A stretch of DNA of 64,000 bases from contig CM039010.1 in assembly GCA_017499595.2 (NCBI GenBank), forward strand, positions 992,001 through 1,056,000. The letters run 5' to 3'. The position numbers and the translations under genes are program-made. The notes under the pieces are model-generated. The model was not told the DNA's origin. It did not search any database and saw only the letters and a list, made by a program, of their open reading frames with translations. The DNA comes from Psilocybe cubensis. Taxonomy: Eukaryota. Of the stretch, positions 1-13,882 are shown piece after piece. Within the stretch, counting starts at the first letter, position 1; the number at the start of each line of letters is the position of its first letter.

Positions 1-1586
1 CCACCGGACACATCCTGCCGGAAAAAATACCAGCCGCTTGTCGCTGAGGACAATCGACTTGTCTTTATCAATCAAGAAATTTCTGATTGATAGGTGGATG
101 GAAACCATCCTTCCAACCCGTCAGCCGCGAGGAAGGCTTTGCTGCTCTGACGTCGGCAACTGATCCGATGCCTCGATCAGAGCGGCAGTGTTCGCAGATA
201 CGATGGTATCCTGCGAACCTTTACCAGCTCGTTCAAAGGCAACGAGTGGTAGATTATGCTGCAACCACCTATCATGAGTCTCTTGGGGAGATTTTGTTAG
301 GCAGGAGCCTTGGAACAATCTTTCGACACCTGCGTGGCAGAAAGGTTAGACATATATATCTTCAGAGGAAAGGGCGGCTGTACGTACTTAAAAGCCAAAT
401 CCAGGTTCATACGCTTATACGAATCGCCTGAAGAAATGTGAATAATCAGTTGGAATCGACTTGATGTTTGCAGTACATAATTGACTTACTTACATTCTAA
501 CAAATGGGCCGGCTAAGGTAATTGTCCTCGCCGGCCAAGTACAGAAAACTCAGTCTTGCAGACGGATCAGAGGTCCGTCTCGCAAGCTTTGCCAATCAGC
601 GATGTGGTTATCGCTGACCGACAGTGTCAACTGAATGCATGAAGCATCCAGGACCTTTACCACTTCAATTCTCCGTGTTCCGGCATGACTGAGAGTGGTA
701 GGTGTCGTTGTCCTTTCCCGCGGGCGAGGGGGATAGGACACGATGGATGTGGAGAAGCGACCTGTACCCAGAGTATTATAATTATGGAAAAATATGATGA
801 AAGACAAAAAACGTACCGCATACCAGCAGATTCATCGGGCAGGCTTAGAGAAAGTTTAAGAACCTGAAAAGCCAGCTCAGCACTGCACGACAGAGAAGAT
901 ATCAACACTCACCATTTGCTAGACCACAAGGATCCCTTCCGCTCCCCTTTTGATTAGGGGGAGTGGCTTTGCCGTCTGGCCACACTATGCGGGAGGTCAG
1001 AGTGGTGTGGCGTTGGTTGACAGAAGCCATATCAGAGTGTAAACTCCTCAGGTTTCGTCGTAAGCCCAGGAGCTGCGTCAAAGCCCCACACCGGTCCTGG
1101 GATACGCACCTTCACTGTGGCATTGACGATGTCTTCGGAAGATGTTGACAGAACCAACAACCCAGAGCAAGGACGACGATCACCCAGACATTGAAAGCAT
1201 ATCCGAGACAGAAAGGTCGAAAACACAAGCACGCACTACGATTCTTCAATGTGGCTTTATGGCTCTTTTCGATGGCTCAATGAGCTCTTCACTTTGGCTC
1301 TGTGGCTCTTTTCAATTGGTGGCTCCGTGGCTCTTTTCGATGTGGTCCTGTGGCTCTTTTGATTGTGGCATATCGCTCTTTTCGATTTGAAGAGGAAGAG
1401 AACGTAGCAAGATATCGTATCCCAGCAGAACTGTGAACCCGGGTAAGTATGGATGTAACAAAACATTGCGAATGCGGGACATACCTAGAACCCAGCATAG
1501 CACAACCTCGCACAAAGAGACACTGGCAGCAGAAGTATAATAAATGCCACAAAGAATTTCCCTTACATAGAACTCAGTGATGCGAA

Positions 1587-1850
1587 ACACGGTGAAGATT
1601 ATATCTGCTTGACTCGTGAACGAGAAGCGATAAAATCTTTCACCAACCGTAGGGGGGCGTTGGAAGCAGAAGCATAAGAACACACGATGAAGATTATATC
1701 TGCTTGACTCGTAAACGAGAAGCGATAAAATCTTTCACCAACCGAAGGGGGGCGTTGGAAGCTGAAGTATAAAAACACACGGTGAAGATTATGTCTGCTT
1801 GACTCGTAAGCGAGAAGCGATAAAATCTTTCACCAACCGAAGGGGGCGTT
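1587..1850. repeat. Tandem repeat, ~2.8 copies of a 95-bp unit, each able to form a long hairpin
   Basis: Units G(G/A)TGAAGATTAT...GCTTGACTCGTNANCGAGAAGCGATAAAATCTTTCACCAACCG start at 1591, 1686 and 1781. Confidence 0.95.
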
Positions 1851-4287
1851 AGGGTAGTCGTGTATGCGTGGGCGGAAGGAGGAAGGCAGAGGCGTCGTCG
1901 AGCGGTGTGTGGAGGGAGCAGAGGTGGGGACGGTGGACGAGAAATTTTCAAGACGGCTTGATTTATACCTTGAGGATTGTGTGCCACAACACGGGGGCAC
2001 CTCGGGGGCCCGCCGACCTTGACTCGTGTTCTATTTTGGGACCTCCACCGGACCATATGACAATCCAATTATTTTCCATTTCTGGAATGAGACTGCAGGA
2101 CGAGGGCCACCCTGCTGTGTATGGCCACTCCTGGGTATTCCCGAAGCTTCTAATGAGATACTATCCATCAAATCCCAAGTCAGAACGAATCATTTTCTAG
2201 CCAATGCCTCATTGTCTTCACGGAAAGGAGTTAAACCGTCCTCACGGTAGGGTCCTAATACCTTTTTTTGACACTTCGCTACGCGTAGCTGTGGAATTAG
2301 AAGGCCTGGTTGGAAACACGATGTTGAAAGTAACCTCGTTTCTCTTACCAGGTTATCGGTTTTTCTGAACGATTAAGCACTAAGAATCATCTCATCCATA
2401 ATGATCTGCATGCCACATTCCGACGTATGTAGTGATCGTCACGGTGGATATTACAAGCAAAGAGAGCGGAGAGTGGCACAACATTACCATGCTCGATTGA
2501 AGAGCATCCTGAGGCGTGAATGCGTCGATTCAACTTATAACTTGTACAAAGATTGTAACTGACCAATGACATCTGTTGAAGTCCCATCAAAAATAAAGGT
2601 ATAGAGTCGTAGATGTCCCTAAAGGCCTTGTGAGTTGAACGCTGGGCATTGCAGCGATACCGTTTGGTTCCGGCTTTGAAAAATATCTGGATTGCACTCG
2701 ACACTGAGCAGTCCATGAATTGATCCCCTTCGTTTCTTTACGGGATTATTTTTACACGCCTTTTGATGTAAATTATGACTGGGTCTCAAATTTCCATTAA
2801 AGCGACCATTCGTTCGCGAATGTCTATAAAAAAACAAACGAGTCAACCGGTGCTGGAGCTTCAGGTGACTGACTGACGAACTTCCAGAATGTGGGAAGGT
2901 CAATGTCTGTTCGTCCAAGGCACGGCATTGCCTATTTTAAAAAACGCGTGTGTTATACCTACATTTCTCTTTAATTATGTCTCTCAGAGTCAAAATTTTA
3001 AATGCAGACTAACATCCCGATGCCCTCAGGTTTGGAGCGCGTTGAATTACTAGTAGTACAGCTGCACCGGATTTGGTTATTTCAGACTCATAATTTATAT
3101 CAATGAATATATCTACATTTTTGATTGTTTTGAGGAGCTTGCACAGAACTATATGGCTCCGGTGCCTACTCCTATTGAACACTGGACACAACTTTGGCAT
3201 GTTGCGTATGTAAAGTCCTGTGCCCCTTGTCCCGTTGACGCCACTCACGGATCAGGTTACGGCAGTCCCCGAATCCGACTCTCGCCGATGTCTTGCTCTT
3301 ACCGCCAGCAACATTCAATTTCAATCGACTACTCTTTTCAAACTCTTTTTACATTCTCTGTATTTTCAATTTCAAAGCGACATTCAGTACCAGATGGATG
3401 CTATGTGGATGGCAACATGTCCAATGCCACATCACCTTTAACCCTCTCCACGTCGGTTGGTCATGTTTGATTCTTTGTGATCCAGTCAAATTTTATCTTA
3501 TCTCAAGCGACGATAGTAAGTGCCCCGCTGAGTCCTGTAAGCTGACAGGTATGTCAGGCTACCTGTGACAATGGAAGGTCGGCAATTATGCTTGATTTGG
3601 TACATTGACTTCCAACTTGTAATTTCCCACTCTTGTTTTCAACTTTCGTAAACCTTGAGGGTCAGACGTCATTGAACCTAAAAGCTTGCTTTAGGTTTCG
3701 CAGTCGGCCATAATGTTTGTTATGCTCTTCATCTGGAATTAAGGTATCAGCTGAACGTTGAAAAAGGGGGTTTACATCGCACTTACTGGAAGGAAATCTG
3801 AACTATCTTTCTTTTTAGTAACACAATTAAAATCAATGGTTGCAGACTCGTCATAAATTTGACATGACTTGTGTGGGACTTGTACAGAGTTTCCAAATAA
3901 GAAATCCAATTCAGCGGCATTTGGGCAAAGCTAGTTCATACATGCAACTACTCAGAGATAAATTGGCGTTGGAAGAGCCGGCGTCGAAGCCGATTAAAAT
4001 GTGATGTATGCTTTCAAGCTAAGCAAAGTTATTTCAATGCTCATAGATATGCTGACACGTATATTCCACATTTCTGTTCATGCGACTCGTTGGATGTGTT
4101 TTGTTAATATCCAGGTATGATATCCAGAAAAAAGTTGAGCAAGGATACACTCGTTGTCCGGTTTTTCCGGAAGGGTAGCACCAGATCAGCAACTTCGGAG
4201 ATTGGTGTTTAGACAATTTGCCATCGAGTAAGCTTATGCTTTTCGGAAGGAATTTGTATGGCAGTTCGCCCCACTCAGTACCCAGCA

Positions 4288-5652
4288 TGTGGAGCCCGAA
4301 TCAACCAGATTTAGGGATTTGGCCTTGTCAATATTCTCGACTATCAGCATTGTTTTATTCTGTGGCTCCTAGTTTTAACACTATTGCTACTATTTCACTA
4401 CAGGTACCGCGTAAAACCAATGATATTGGGTGAGCGTGGACACTCTTTTCATGGCATAGTTCACTTCAATGTTCCGCTCGAGCAGAAACATCAGAAATTA
4501 CATTGTCGCAGGATCTTGAGCCTTTTAGAGAACAAATTAAAGTCTTGTGGAAGGAAAATCCAGAGAGAGATGACCGCTTGGTCAAATGGTTGGAGGAGAA
4601 CGAGGATTGCAGAGACCAATTATACACAGCAAGAAAAAAAAATCAGAAGACGTTCAATAACGCCTTTTGCAGCGTTTTTTCTTTCGATGACGAAAGCCTC
4701 GATTTGCGCGTTCTATCCGCCTCTGTTCAAAATAGCGATATTGAGACCTATCCCAAACTATCTTCGTGTATTATGGAATTGATAAGAAGTCGCATTCGCA
4801 GGTATGCACTCTGTTTTCTTTGCCGCACTTTCCACTTTTTGATCACTTATTTACAACCTTAGTCTGAGGCATCGCTACGCTAGGTTGCGATCGAGCATCG
4901 GGACGGAGTCTCAGCTTCTAACTGTCGAACAAATCTTGGACAAATTGGACGAGACAATGCATACTTCCTTGATCTCTAAAATCGTGAATTTTGAACTATG
5001 GGGCAGACTACATCTTTTGTGGAGAGAAGACCCAGAATTTAAAGATATCATATACGACGCAGACTCGCCTTTGCGGCTTATCCACGGAGACATAGATGTA
5101 GAGTCTTTGTCAGACTCTGGTTTGTCTAGACGTTCTACGCCACAGGTCAACACAACAAGCAAAAGCGTCACGAGAGAGACAAGTAATAGTACAAATCCAA
5201 CAGTCGTCAGTACTCCTATAAGGTTTTCTGTGTATCTTGTGACTCATGTAGATTCAAGGTTCCTGAAAGGCCTAGCGTTGGCAACTATCAAACGTCAGGC
5301 TTAAGACCGCTGCATTGTTAAAAGGACTGATCATTGACAATTTTCTAGAAGAATTCATATCAGTACCACTAATCTAAAGCGCAAACGAGGACATCAATCT
5401 TCATTTCTAGCCCAGTCATCGAATTCTGTAGCAAGCTCCACAAGCGCGGCTGGAGCTACTTCCGAAGCACACCTGGAGCGCATGGAAGAAATGGAGCTAA
5501 AAAAGAGAAGGATTGAAGAAGACTTGGAAGCCATGAGACTCAGAGAAACGGAACTGAAGCTGAATCACGAATACAATATGGGAAAACAACAAATTATCAT
5601 GAAGGCACTTCGCTTGCTGGACGTCAATCTCGAGGCCCAAAAAGCAACCTAA
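4288..5652 (+). CDS. Multi-exon hypothetical protein with C-terminal coiled coil (start uncertain)
   Basis: ORF pieces 4503-4862 and 4885-5304 can be joined by GT-AG introns. The last exon reads ...HLERMEEMELKKRRIEEDLEAMRLRETELKL...KAT* with TAA at 5650-5652. Confidence 0.55.
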
Positions 5653-6132
5653 TGATTTTGACGATTGTGGGAAAGGCCTCAAGTTCAGCATGTAGCTTTC
5701 GGTCTCAGCGTTGTTACACACATACTCATTAATCTGAATATAATTTGAAAACATCCGTGGCGATCATTGTATGGGCCCAAATGTCAAATTTTGTGCGCAC
5801 TCTATCGAGCCGAAGATGTTAACAGTAATCATAAGGTAAATGGGAGACAATTCACAAGCATATCCAAATTTTTTGAGTGTATGCGGAAACGTTAACTTAA
5901 TGCGTAAGGTATGTATCCAATTAACTCAAAGCTCTTTTGAAGTGAAAAATGGTTACGCCACTGCCTCTTTGCCACGTCATCCATTTGAAAAGATATTTAA
6001 AGTCATGAACGCTTTGAATGCTGCTTTGAGTATCCTGAAGTCGTATATTCACCATTCCACCATGCCCAGTAAGTATTATTGTTGCAATTCGGTTCATCTT
6101 GGCTTATGGTTGATTCAGATTTATCAATATTC

Positions 6133-7379
6133 ATGAGATTTCCGCACCGTGTAGTACGTCTACTCGACTGGTTTGATCAACACCCCGGCGAGAGAGATGT
6201 TATTTTTGAAACTCCAGGATGTTCAGACCAGAATATACCTCCAAGCAATTGTTACCCTCTAATAGCTTTGGATATATACTCAAAGGTGGAAGACAATGGA
6301 TGTGTGGTAGAAAGGCTCACAAACAAAGGGAATATCAGTGTGGATAACAGATTGCGGCAGCTTAGAAAAGATATTGAAGACGGGGAACCAGGAACTGTTC
6401 AGAGGCTCGCGCAAATTTTCGCCCCTTCCGTGATTCAAATCAAAAAAGAAATCATGAGGTTCGTTATATCTGTTTCCTTTAGTTCTCTCTGTGACTTTTG
6501 GTATTTGTAGGTGGAAAATAGTCTACCAAAAGCTGAATCAAGAGATTATGGAAAAATCTCCTGGCCTGCATTTGGAGAGCATTATGAAATTTGAAGACAC
6601 TGGGCTAAACTTGAATTATCAAGCTCAAAATAACGGTACGATTCTTCATGGGAAATTTCATCAAATGCTCATTGATCTTACTCATATGACGCATATACGC
6701 AGTATTCACAGATGCCACTGATGGTTCTTTATCACCTTACCAACTTTGGGATAGATTGCATATTTACTGGAGCAAAAACGCGAAGTATAATCTATATTGT
6801 AGACCATCTTCCAGTGGATCATTAGCGAGAATGGGGCCGGGAGTACACAGTATTCATGATGCTGCGCCACGTCGAAAACGAAGAATTAACTCTGACGAGG
6901 TAAGGTTATTATATTTTGTGGAATTACTATTAATCTAACGCTACGCAGGAAAGTGCTGCTGTAACAGTCGATTCTGAGAAAGAAACTGAACACCAGACAC
7001 CATGTACTATTATGAAGCGTACACGCAATGTCCAGAACCTTTCCTCAGATTGCAGAACGGAGTACGTAAATGAATTTATCATTAGTCATATTCACTGGCT
7101 TGACTTATTTATAGCGTCCGTTGCAATAAGAACACGAAAAGAAGGCGCACAAATATGCATAGAATGGAAGCAATGACTGGCGACGATCCTGGTCCCAGGA
7201 ATGAAGAACAAGCACAACCGATCTATGAGTCCGCACCTTATCAACACCAAGAAGAAGAGCTCCGGATAAAAGAGCTTCAGCTTCGCATAGAGCTACAAAA
7301 TTCGGAGAACACGGCAGCAGCTATACGCCTGACCCAAAAATTCGTAGATGGGTATATCAACAATATCACGAGAATTTAG
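6133..7379 (+). CDS. Multi-exon hypothetical protein, possibly a distant paralog of the upstream gene
   Basis: ORF pieces 6079-6510, 6491-6721 and 7155-7379. RLLDWFDQHPGERDVIF resembles RLVKWLEENEDCRDQLY upstream, and both end in a coiled coil (EEELRIKELQLRIELQ). Confidence 0.5.
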
Positions 7380-7731
7380 CTCACCAAAGTTTGTATACCT
7401 TTTGTTATTGAAAACTTCTTAGAATTTTGATGAAAGTGCTACAGAAATGAGGTTGCTGAAATTCTTCATACTCTTCCAGGTCATGCTATGGCTTGAGATG
7501 TATCTATCCGATTCAGTAGCGACGCGTTATCGCGAGTCTAATCAGATTAATTAGATCATGTGACCGCGTAATCGAATCCCGTACACGACAACTGCATTTG
7601 TTACCCGACAATGACAAAATCAATCTTATGTGCTATCATCTGAGTCCAGCGACTTGTAGCGACTGGCCGTCTCTAGTTGCCCAGCTTTTTACCGAACGCG
7701 TCGGACTCTTTCTTTTCTGATCTCCTTATCG

Positions 7732-9119
7732 ATGGCCACAATCCGGAAAGAAAAGCTCACATTTCTTGACATTGTCGACATATGCGATAATGTTCATTTA
7801 CATCGTGGGCCATCGGGACTCTGCGATGTTTCATTTAACTCGGAGATTCTGGTACCTCTATACCTTTCTGAATCGCCCGATAGTCCAGTAATCGGACTAC
7901 TCCGCCCCACTATGGTTGAACAACTACAAGTTGAGAATCAAAACAGTTATCAGAATGGCACAGAAAAGATGTGGTCGTTCAGGTTGAGCCCTTCCGAGCA
8001 TATCACTTCACGAAATGGGGTTCCTGGACCCAGCGTCAGCTTCCGCAATTGGTTAGACACACCCTCGAAACGAACTGCAGCTATGAAGGAATTGTGCGAA
8101 CGCTGGAGGGACACTGGCCTTTTTTCAAACGTGTGCGGCCCGAAGAAGTGGAGAAACGAGATGTATCCTGTGTATTCAGATCCCTTCGGGTTCCATGATC
8201 ACCCTCTAGTAGCAGGACACGAAGAAGGGCTCAATTTCGCATTCGAAATGGAACGCTCGGCATGCGCGCTGTTTGGGGTAGTCACATACGGTGTACATCT
8301 GAGCATCTATGATGAGGTTTTGCAGGAAGATGGCCAACGAAAATTGCGTATGTGGGTTCCAACTCGTGCTCTCACCAAGCCGACGTGAGTGTTCAACTTG
8401 GGGGTACTGCGCTTTTCACTGAATGTTTCGCCGCAGCTTCCCTGGCCTCCTAGATAACACTGTTGCTGGGGGTATCCCAAGCGGCATGCCAATATTCGAC
8501 TCATTGGTAAAAGAATGCATGGAAGAGGCTAGTATTGAACCTGAAATTGTCAATAAATATACCAGGGCAGTTGGCTCCATCAGCTATTTCTACAGGTGAT
8601 ATTTTGTAGCTAAAACCAAGTTAAATCCTACACTTACTTGATTACAAAAGGGCGTCTACCGGCTGGTTACAACCAGAAGTCGAGTATGTGAATGCCAGTC
8701 GAATACTATCCATTGATGCTAACCCTACACCAGATATGTCTACGACATCCAAATTCCACCTAATGTTGATCCTGCACCATTTACCCCACGGCCTTTGGAT
8801 GGAGAGGTTGAATCATTTGAGGTTTGCAGAGCTGCTGATGTCCGCATATCTCTGAGCTAATTCGTTCCGGCATGTTCCAGTTCGTATCACACGATAAACT
8901 TTTGCAGCAGTTGCAAGCGGGGCTGTTCAAACCAAATTGCGGTCTTGGTGAGCGTGCGTTTTACTACCTCCAGGACAATGATATGCTGAGTTTTACGAAT
9001 GGATTGCAGTGATACTCGACCTCTTCATTCGGCTTGGATATATCACTCCGGATAATGAACCTGATTTCTTGAAGATAATCAACCGACTGCACGGTACGTT
9101 TGATTATGCAATTTGGTGA
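7732..9119 (+). CDS. Nudix hydrolase (YJR142W / thiamine-pyrophosphokinase-associated Nudix family), multi-exon
   Basis: WRNEMYPVY, MERSACALFGVVTYGVH, and after splicing FPGLLDNTVAGG...KECMEEAS (Nudix box), QPEVEYVYD and FKPNC. Stop at 9117-9119. Confidence 0.9.
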
Positions 9120-9414
9120 TTTCCAAGACCGGTGTTCGTAGGAATAGACGTAGTCCAAGATGAAGGTGCCCGTCAACCTACCAAGATACTACTTGAGTAC
9201 ACTGTAGTGTAGTGTCCCCTGCAAATTAATTTCCGCCTGACTTCTTCCAACATTTTACATGTCCATCATATCTCGTGACTTTGACAGGTGTGGAAAGGAA
9301 GTGTCGGGAGGCATCAAAGAACGAATGAAATTGAAGTCTAACTTGTTCGCTTCCAAGTATAAATAAAAGGCCTCACTGTCTAGGTTTGAATTTTGCTCCC
9401 CCTTCCGACCCACG

Positions 9415-10462
9415 ATGTTTCTCATAACACCTATCGTCAATACTCTTCAGAACATTGTCGTATTTACTTATGATTTCGGGTTAACGACAGCCAACCTCAT
9501 CATTCCGAGCCGAAAGGTTGGACATGTTACTCCGGAGGGGCATCCAGGAGCAGGAGGTAAATGGCCTGAGTACATTGCTCCCAAGGAGGGTGATAGTCGA
9601 TGCTCTTGCCCTGCCTTGAACGCAATGGCCAACCATGGTGAGCTATTGCCTACTCTCCACCGAACCCTTCTAATCTACCTGTCAATGTCGGACATGTCAA
9701 GGCATCCTTCCTCACGATGGTAAAAATATCAAGTTCAGCGAATTGGGACCGAAGATCCGGACAACGTACAACTTCGCCTCGACATTCTGTTTCTTCGTCC
9801 CTAATTTTGCTGCGAATATGTTGAACAAAAGTTACAGCAAAGATACTTTCGATCTTTCAGAACTGGACCTCCATAGCGATAAAGGCATTGAACATGATGC
9901 GTCGCTGACTCGTACGTGTTTTGTTCTGTGCTTGAAGTGGATTTTTATTAACCATCAAATCAGGGGAAGATAGTGCACTTGTTCCTGATCAATCAAAGCC
10001 TCATCTCCAATACGTCAAAGAGCTCCTAGCACTCGCTACTAAGAAGGATAAGGACGGAAATCTCATTCTTACTACTAAGGAGTTATCTGAATATACGGCA
10101 AAACGACGCGTTGATTCCAAAGAATCTAACCCCCAATATACGTCCAGTTTCTTCCACAACATGTTTGGCTGCGCAAAGTAAGTCGTATTTACGTGTTAGT
10201 GACAAATGGACTCCTGAGCCTCTGAGTTTTTAGCTCATCCACAATGCTCACCATTTTTGGAGGCCGCGTCTCTGATCTCGAAACCCTTCTAACTGAGGAA
10301 CGTTTACCTGATGGATGGGAGTCGCGGGTCAGGAAGCGACTGGGCTTGACGTTCGCGTCATTCAATAGCACAGTCTTGAAGGTCGCCCTCGGAATCAACG
10401 AGAAGAAGTATAAAGAGTCAATTGCTGCTAAGCCTGCTTCGGAAGAAACATCGCCTGCATGA
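9415..10462 (+). CDS. Heme-thiolate peroxidase (chloroperoxidase / short unspecific peroxygenase family)
   Basis: Proximal Cys motif DSRCSCPALNAMANHG, IEHDASL motif and EERLPDGWE near the C-terminus; 3 introns. Confidence 0.9.
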
Positions 10463-11036
10463 TTAACGAGTACTAACTTGAGTTGTCCTAATGGCGGAAT
10501 TGTATCCAGTCTATTACCGACGCACGACAATGTATCAACGTATATAATGATAGAATTTCTTACGACAAATCATGTTTTTCATCGACTTGGATTTCCTAAA
10601 GATAATCTAAAGCTGGACTAGGAGGGACTTGAACCCGGCAATAATCAAAGGTAGGTTTGTTTAAGCCCCTCAGTCTACGACTGTCAAGTTTTTGAGCTGT
10701 ACCGATTGATCGCGTTTTGAATCGATCCACATTGAGCAATGTTGACGTTTTTATAACTTGAAATGCTTTACGACCTTCACTAAATTTTTCCTTCGATTCT
10801 CTTCCTCTGCTGTACTTCCGCGGCTCTATCATATCGGCAAGCAACTCACTTCAATCGGAGCCACACAACCTTAAATGATCCGCTGACAAATGAGTGACAG
10901 GTAACGCGGCAGCTGTGACCCTACCGCAACACCACTCGGGGGCCACAGTGATCATGATTTGCTCTCTCAGCAAGATATACACTTGTCTTCTTTTAACTAC
11001 ATATACACTCCCCAGCACATCAACCAAGGGAACATA

Positions 11037-13615
11037 ATGCAGCTTTCTCTAGAACAGGAACGGCTTGAACAGAATAATGGGGACCTTTTGGCCCAGATCT
11101 CCAACGTCGACACGCAGGTAGCAAGGCGTGTGTTGAGGAAATTTAATGGCGATATGGAGAAAGCCGCAGATGCACTACTGGCTGGTGATAGAGCTTTGGA
11201 CTGGGAAACGAAGCACAGAAATACTCCGGAACCAACGTATTCGGATGGCAAGGATAGTTCGAAAAGTGTTATGCCTGCCCCTTCCACCTCTGTTATCGAC
11301 CTAACCGCAGACGACGACGAAATGACGCGTGCATTACAGATGTCAATGGATGAAAGTTCTCAGGTTAGCAAATTTGGCCCCAGTGATAGGGCGCCTAACC
11401 CGGAGTGGGCGATGGTACGCTCGAACGTGAGCTCATACCCCTGAAATTTACAAATGGTTTCTTTACTAACTCTACGATAGGATCCAATTGTTCCTGGTAC
11501 AACTAATGAAGATCACACTCTCAACGAGGCTATCCAAGCAAGTCTTCAAGATTTTCAAGAGGATGTCGATGTATCCCCCTTCTCGGACAGTCTCCGCGAG
11601 GGAGGCCGGTACGGATTGTTTCATTAATGCTTTGTAGCCTGCCTTTAAGTACGTCTTTTTCTTCAGCCCTATCGCTCTCCGCACCCGTACGAAAGAACTT
11701 GCATACGGTGCTTTGGTGAATACCACAGCTGTTTGACCCAAAAGTTAACCGACACTGATTATACATATAGGTCATTCAAGCTCTTTTTTTCATCCCTCAG
11801 GTCAGGGCAACTGTGTCCAACTTTCGCCTGCCTAGAATAGAACCGTCCGCACAACTGGGACATCCAAGTAGATTCAAACCTGCTGTCCCATAAACAATGC
11901 CTAACAGCACCATAGGTCGAATCATGTGGAACTTGATTGAGCTATTCACCAACATGGACCTCGCTCAACTTGCTGCCATTATAGACAATGAACTACTTCC
12001 CGCGATGTTTACAGAGCGGCTAACTCCGGGTCAATCTCTACCTGATGCATCGGCTGGTAAGCACTTTGATGTCGCTGATTTGCAGGTGTTGACCTTTTCA
12101 CAGATATCGTAAAACATGTTGCTGGCCTGATAGAGCAGCACGCGGCTGCTCAAGCTACGGAAGAAGACGAAATGGAAGAGTGCGTCCATCTTTTCTTGTT
12201 ACGGTTCTTTGTCTTACACAAATTCCTAGGCGTCTTTTCTCTTTCACCCATGGTAATGTTGTTCTCAACAATCAGGATGCTGCTATAAAGAGCAACCGAA
12301 GCTCTGAAGATGGGATAGTTGTTACCGTTGAATATGGAGACAGCGTACTCCATAACGACCTGATTTCCTGCATATCTGACAACCTCAACAAAATTGAGCC
12401 TACATGCTCCTCACACGATGTTATCATAAGACCTTCGGATGTTATTACTTTCCAGCTCAGACGACTACCCAATGCAAGCTCCTCAAAAACATCGCCAGAC
12501 CCATTTGTATACCCTAAATCTTTATACCTGGATAGATTTATGTTCGACAATTTGGCGTTCACAAACAATAAAAGGAAACAGGAGCGGAGGATGTTAGAGG
12601 AGATCGAAAACCTCAAGGCTCAGAAGGAAAAGTTGACGCGTTCTGATGTGGGTTCTCCTTTTCTCCAGTGTCTGTACGCAAGGGAGCTAAGCTTCGTCGA
12701 TTAGAATCGCGATTCGCTGCAAACTCTTCGAAACACGGTATACTACTATGAATTTATTGCCAAGTCGGATGGAGATCGCGCGCGCGAAGCCAGACTGCAA
12801 CGAGTAACGGAAAATTTGAGGGACATTTTGACGGGACTCGAGGCCAAAGTGGAAGGTACGACCTTATGCTGTGTCGTCACCATCTTGTTGTAACCATTTG
12901 TTCCAACTGTCCAGATATTGATCGGCAAATTGAAAAACTGCAGGCTGAAGTTGCCGTTGTATACGACTGTCCTGAATTGCAGCAATATCAGGTCCGTCAT
13001 TTCTTAATTCATCTTTCGGGGTGTATTTTCATTTATTATAATTCCTGTTAGTATGACCTCCGTGCCGTATTGGTCCACAGTGGTCTTCCGGGGCGCAAAC
13101 ATATCTACTCATATGTTCAGGATATTGAAGGTGTTTGGTGGAAAACAGTTGACCATGAAGTCACTGAGGTACATATTTCCGAAATCTTGACCCACGTTCC
13201 TTAATGACGCTGCCCACAGGTACCAGAGGAAACTGTCCTTACTGATCCCACTGGTCTTCATCTTGGGGCCGGTCCCTATATGCTGTTCTATAGCCGACAT
13301 CTTACACATGACCAGTTACACGAACCGCTCGTATGGCCCAACGTATTCTCCGTGAGTATCATCCATATCTCTCACTATTCCAAAATGACCTTTCTTTCCT
13401 GTTCATAGGAAGCTGTCGCAGACAACAACAAAAAGTTTTTGGCCATGATGCACCCTGAACTCGAAATTTTCTCAAATGCCAGTTTAGAATCACCTGAAAT
13501 ACAACCTACTCCTCGCGCGCTGCCAATTCCGCAAGAACGACAACATACTCGTGACAGCTCGAGAAATATGATTGTCGATGAGCCTACATTTTCGCTGCCT
13601 CCGCCGCCATACTAA
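11037..13615 (+). CDS. UBA + UIM + USP/UCH-like domain protein with C-terminal PPxY, multi-exon
   Basis: UBA-like LRKFNGDMEKAADALL. UIM-like DDEMTRALQMSM and TLNEAIQASL. USP-like FVYPKSLYLDRF and His box YDLRAVLVHSG...HIYSYV. Ends LPPPPY*. Confidence 0.8.
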
Positions 13616-13882
13616 GTTGTTGGTTTGGGTTGTTTTGAACTTGTATATAGTGTATTATAATGCCGTCGTTTACTGTATTCCTTGTATATTTTTATCATCC
13701 AAAAGATCAACCTCTTGTCCTTTTCCGACTCTGCAGTTATTGTGTGTTCCTGATTGGGACAGAAGCCGCCAAACATGTTTGCAAATAACGGCCAAACAAT
13801 AACGATGAGCTCACTGTCGGGGTTAATTACCACCTATCATCAGGCTCGTCCTCCTACTCCTCGGCGCGTCTGCTCAAACCGC

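Noticed and set aside
1587-1850. CRISPR-like array
   Set aside because: Eukaryotic context, no unique spacers (whole units repeat) and no cas genes.
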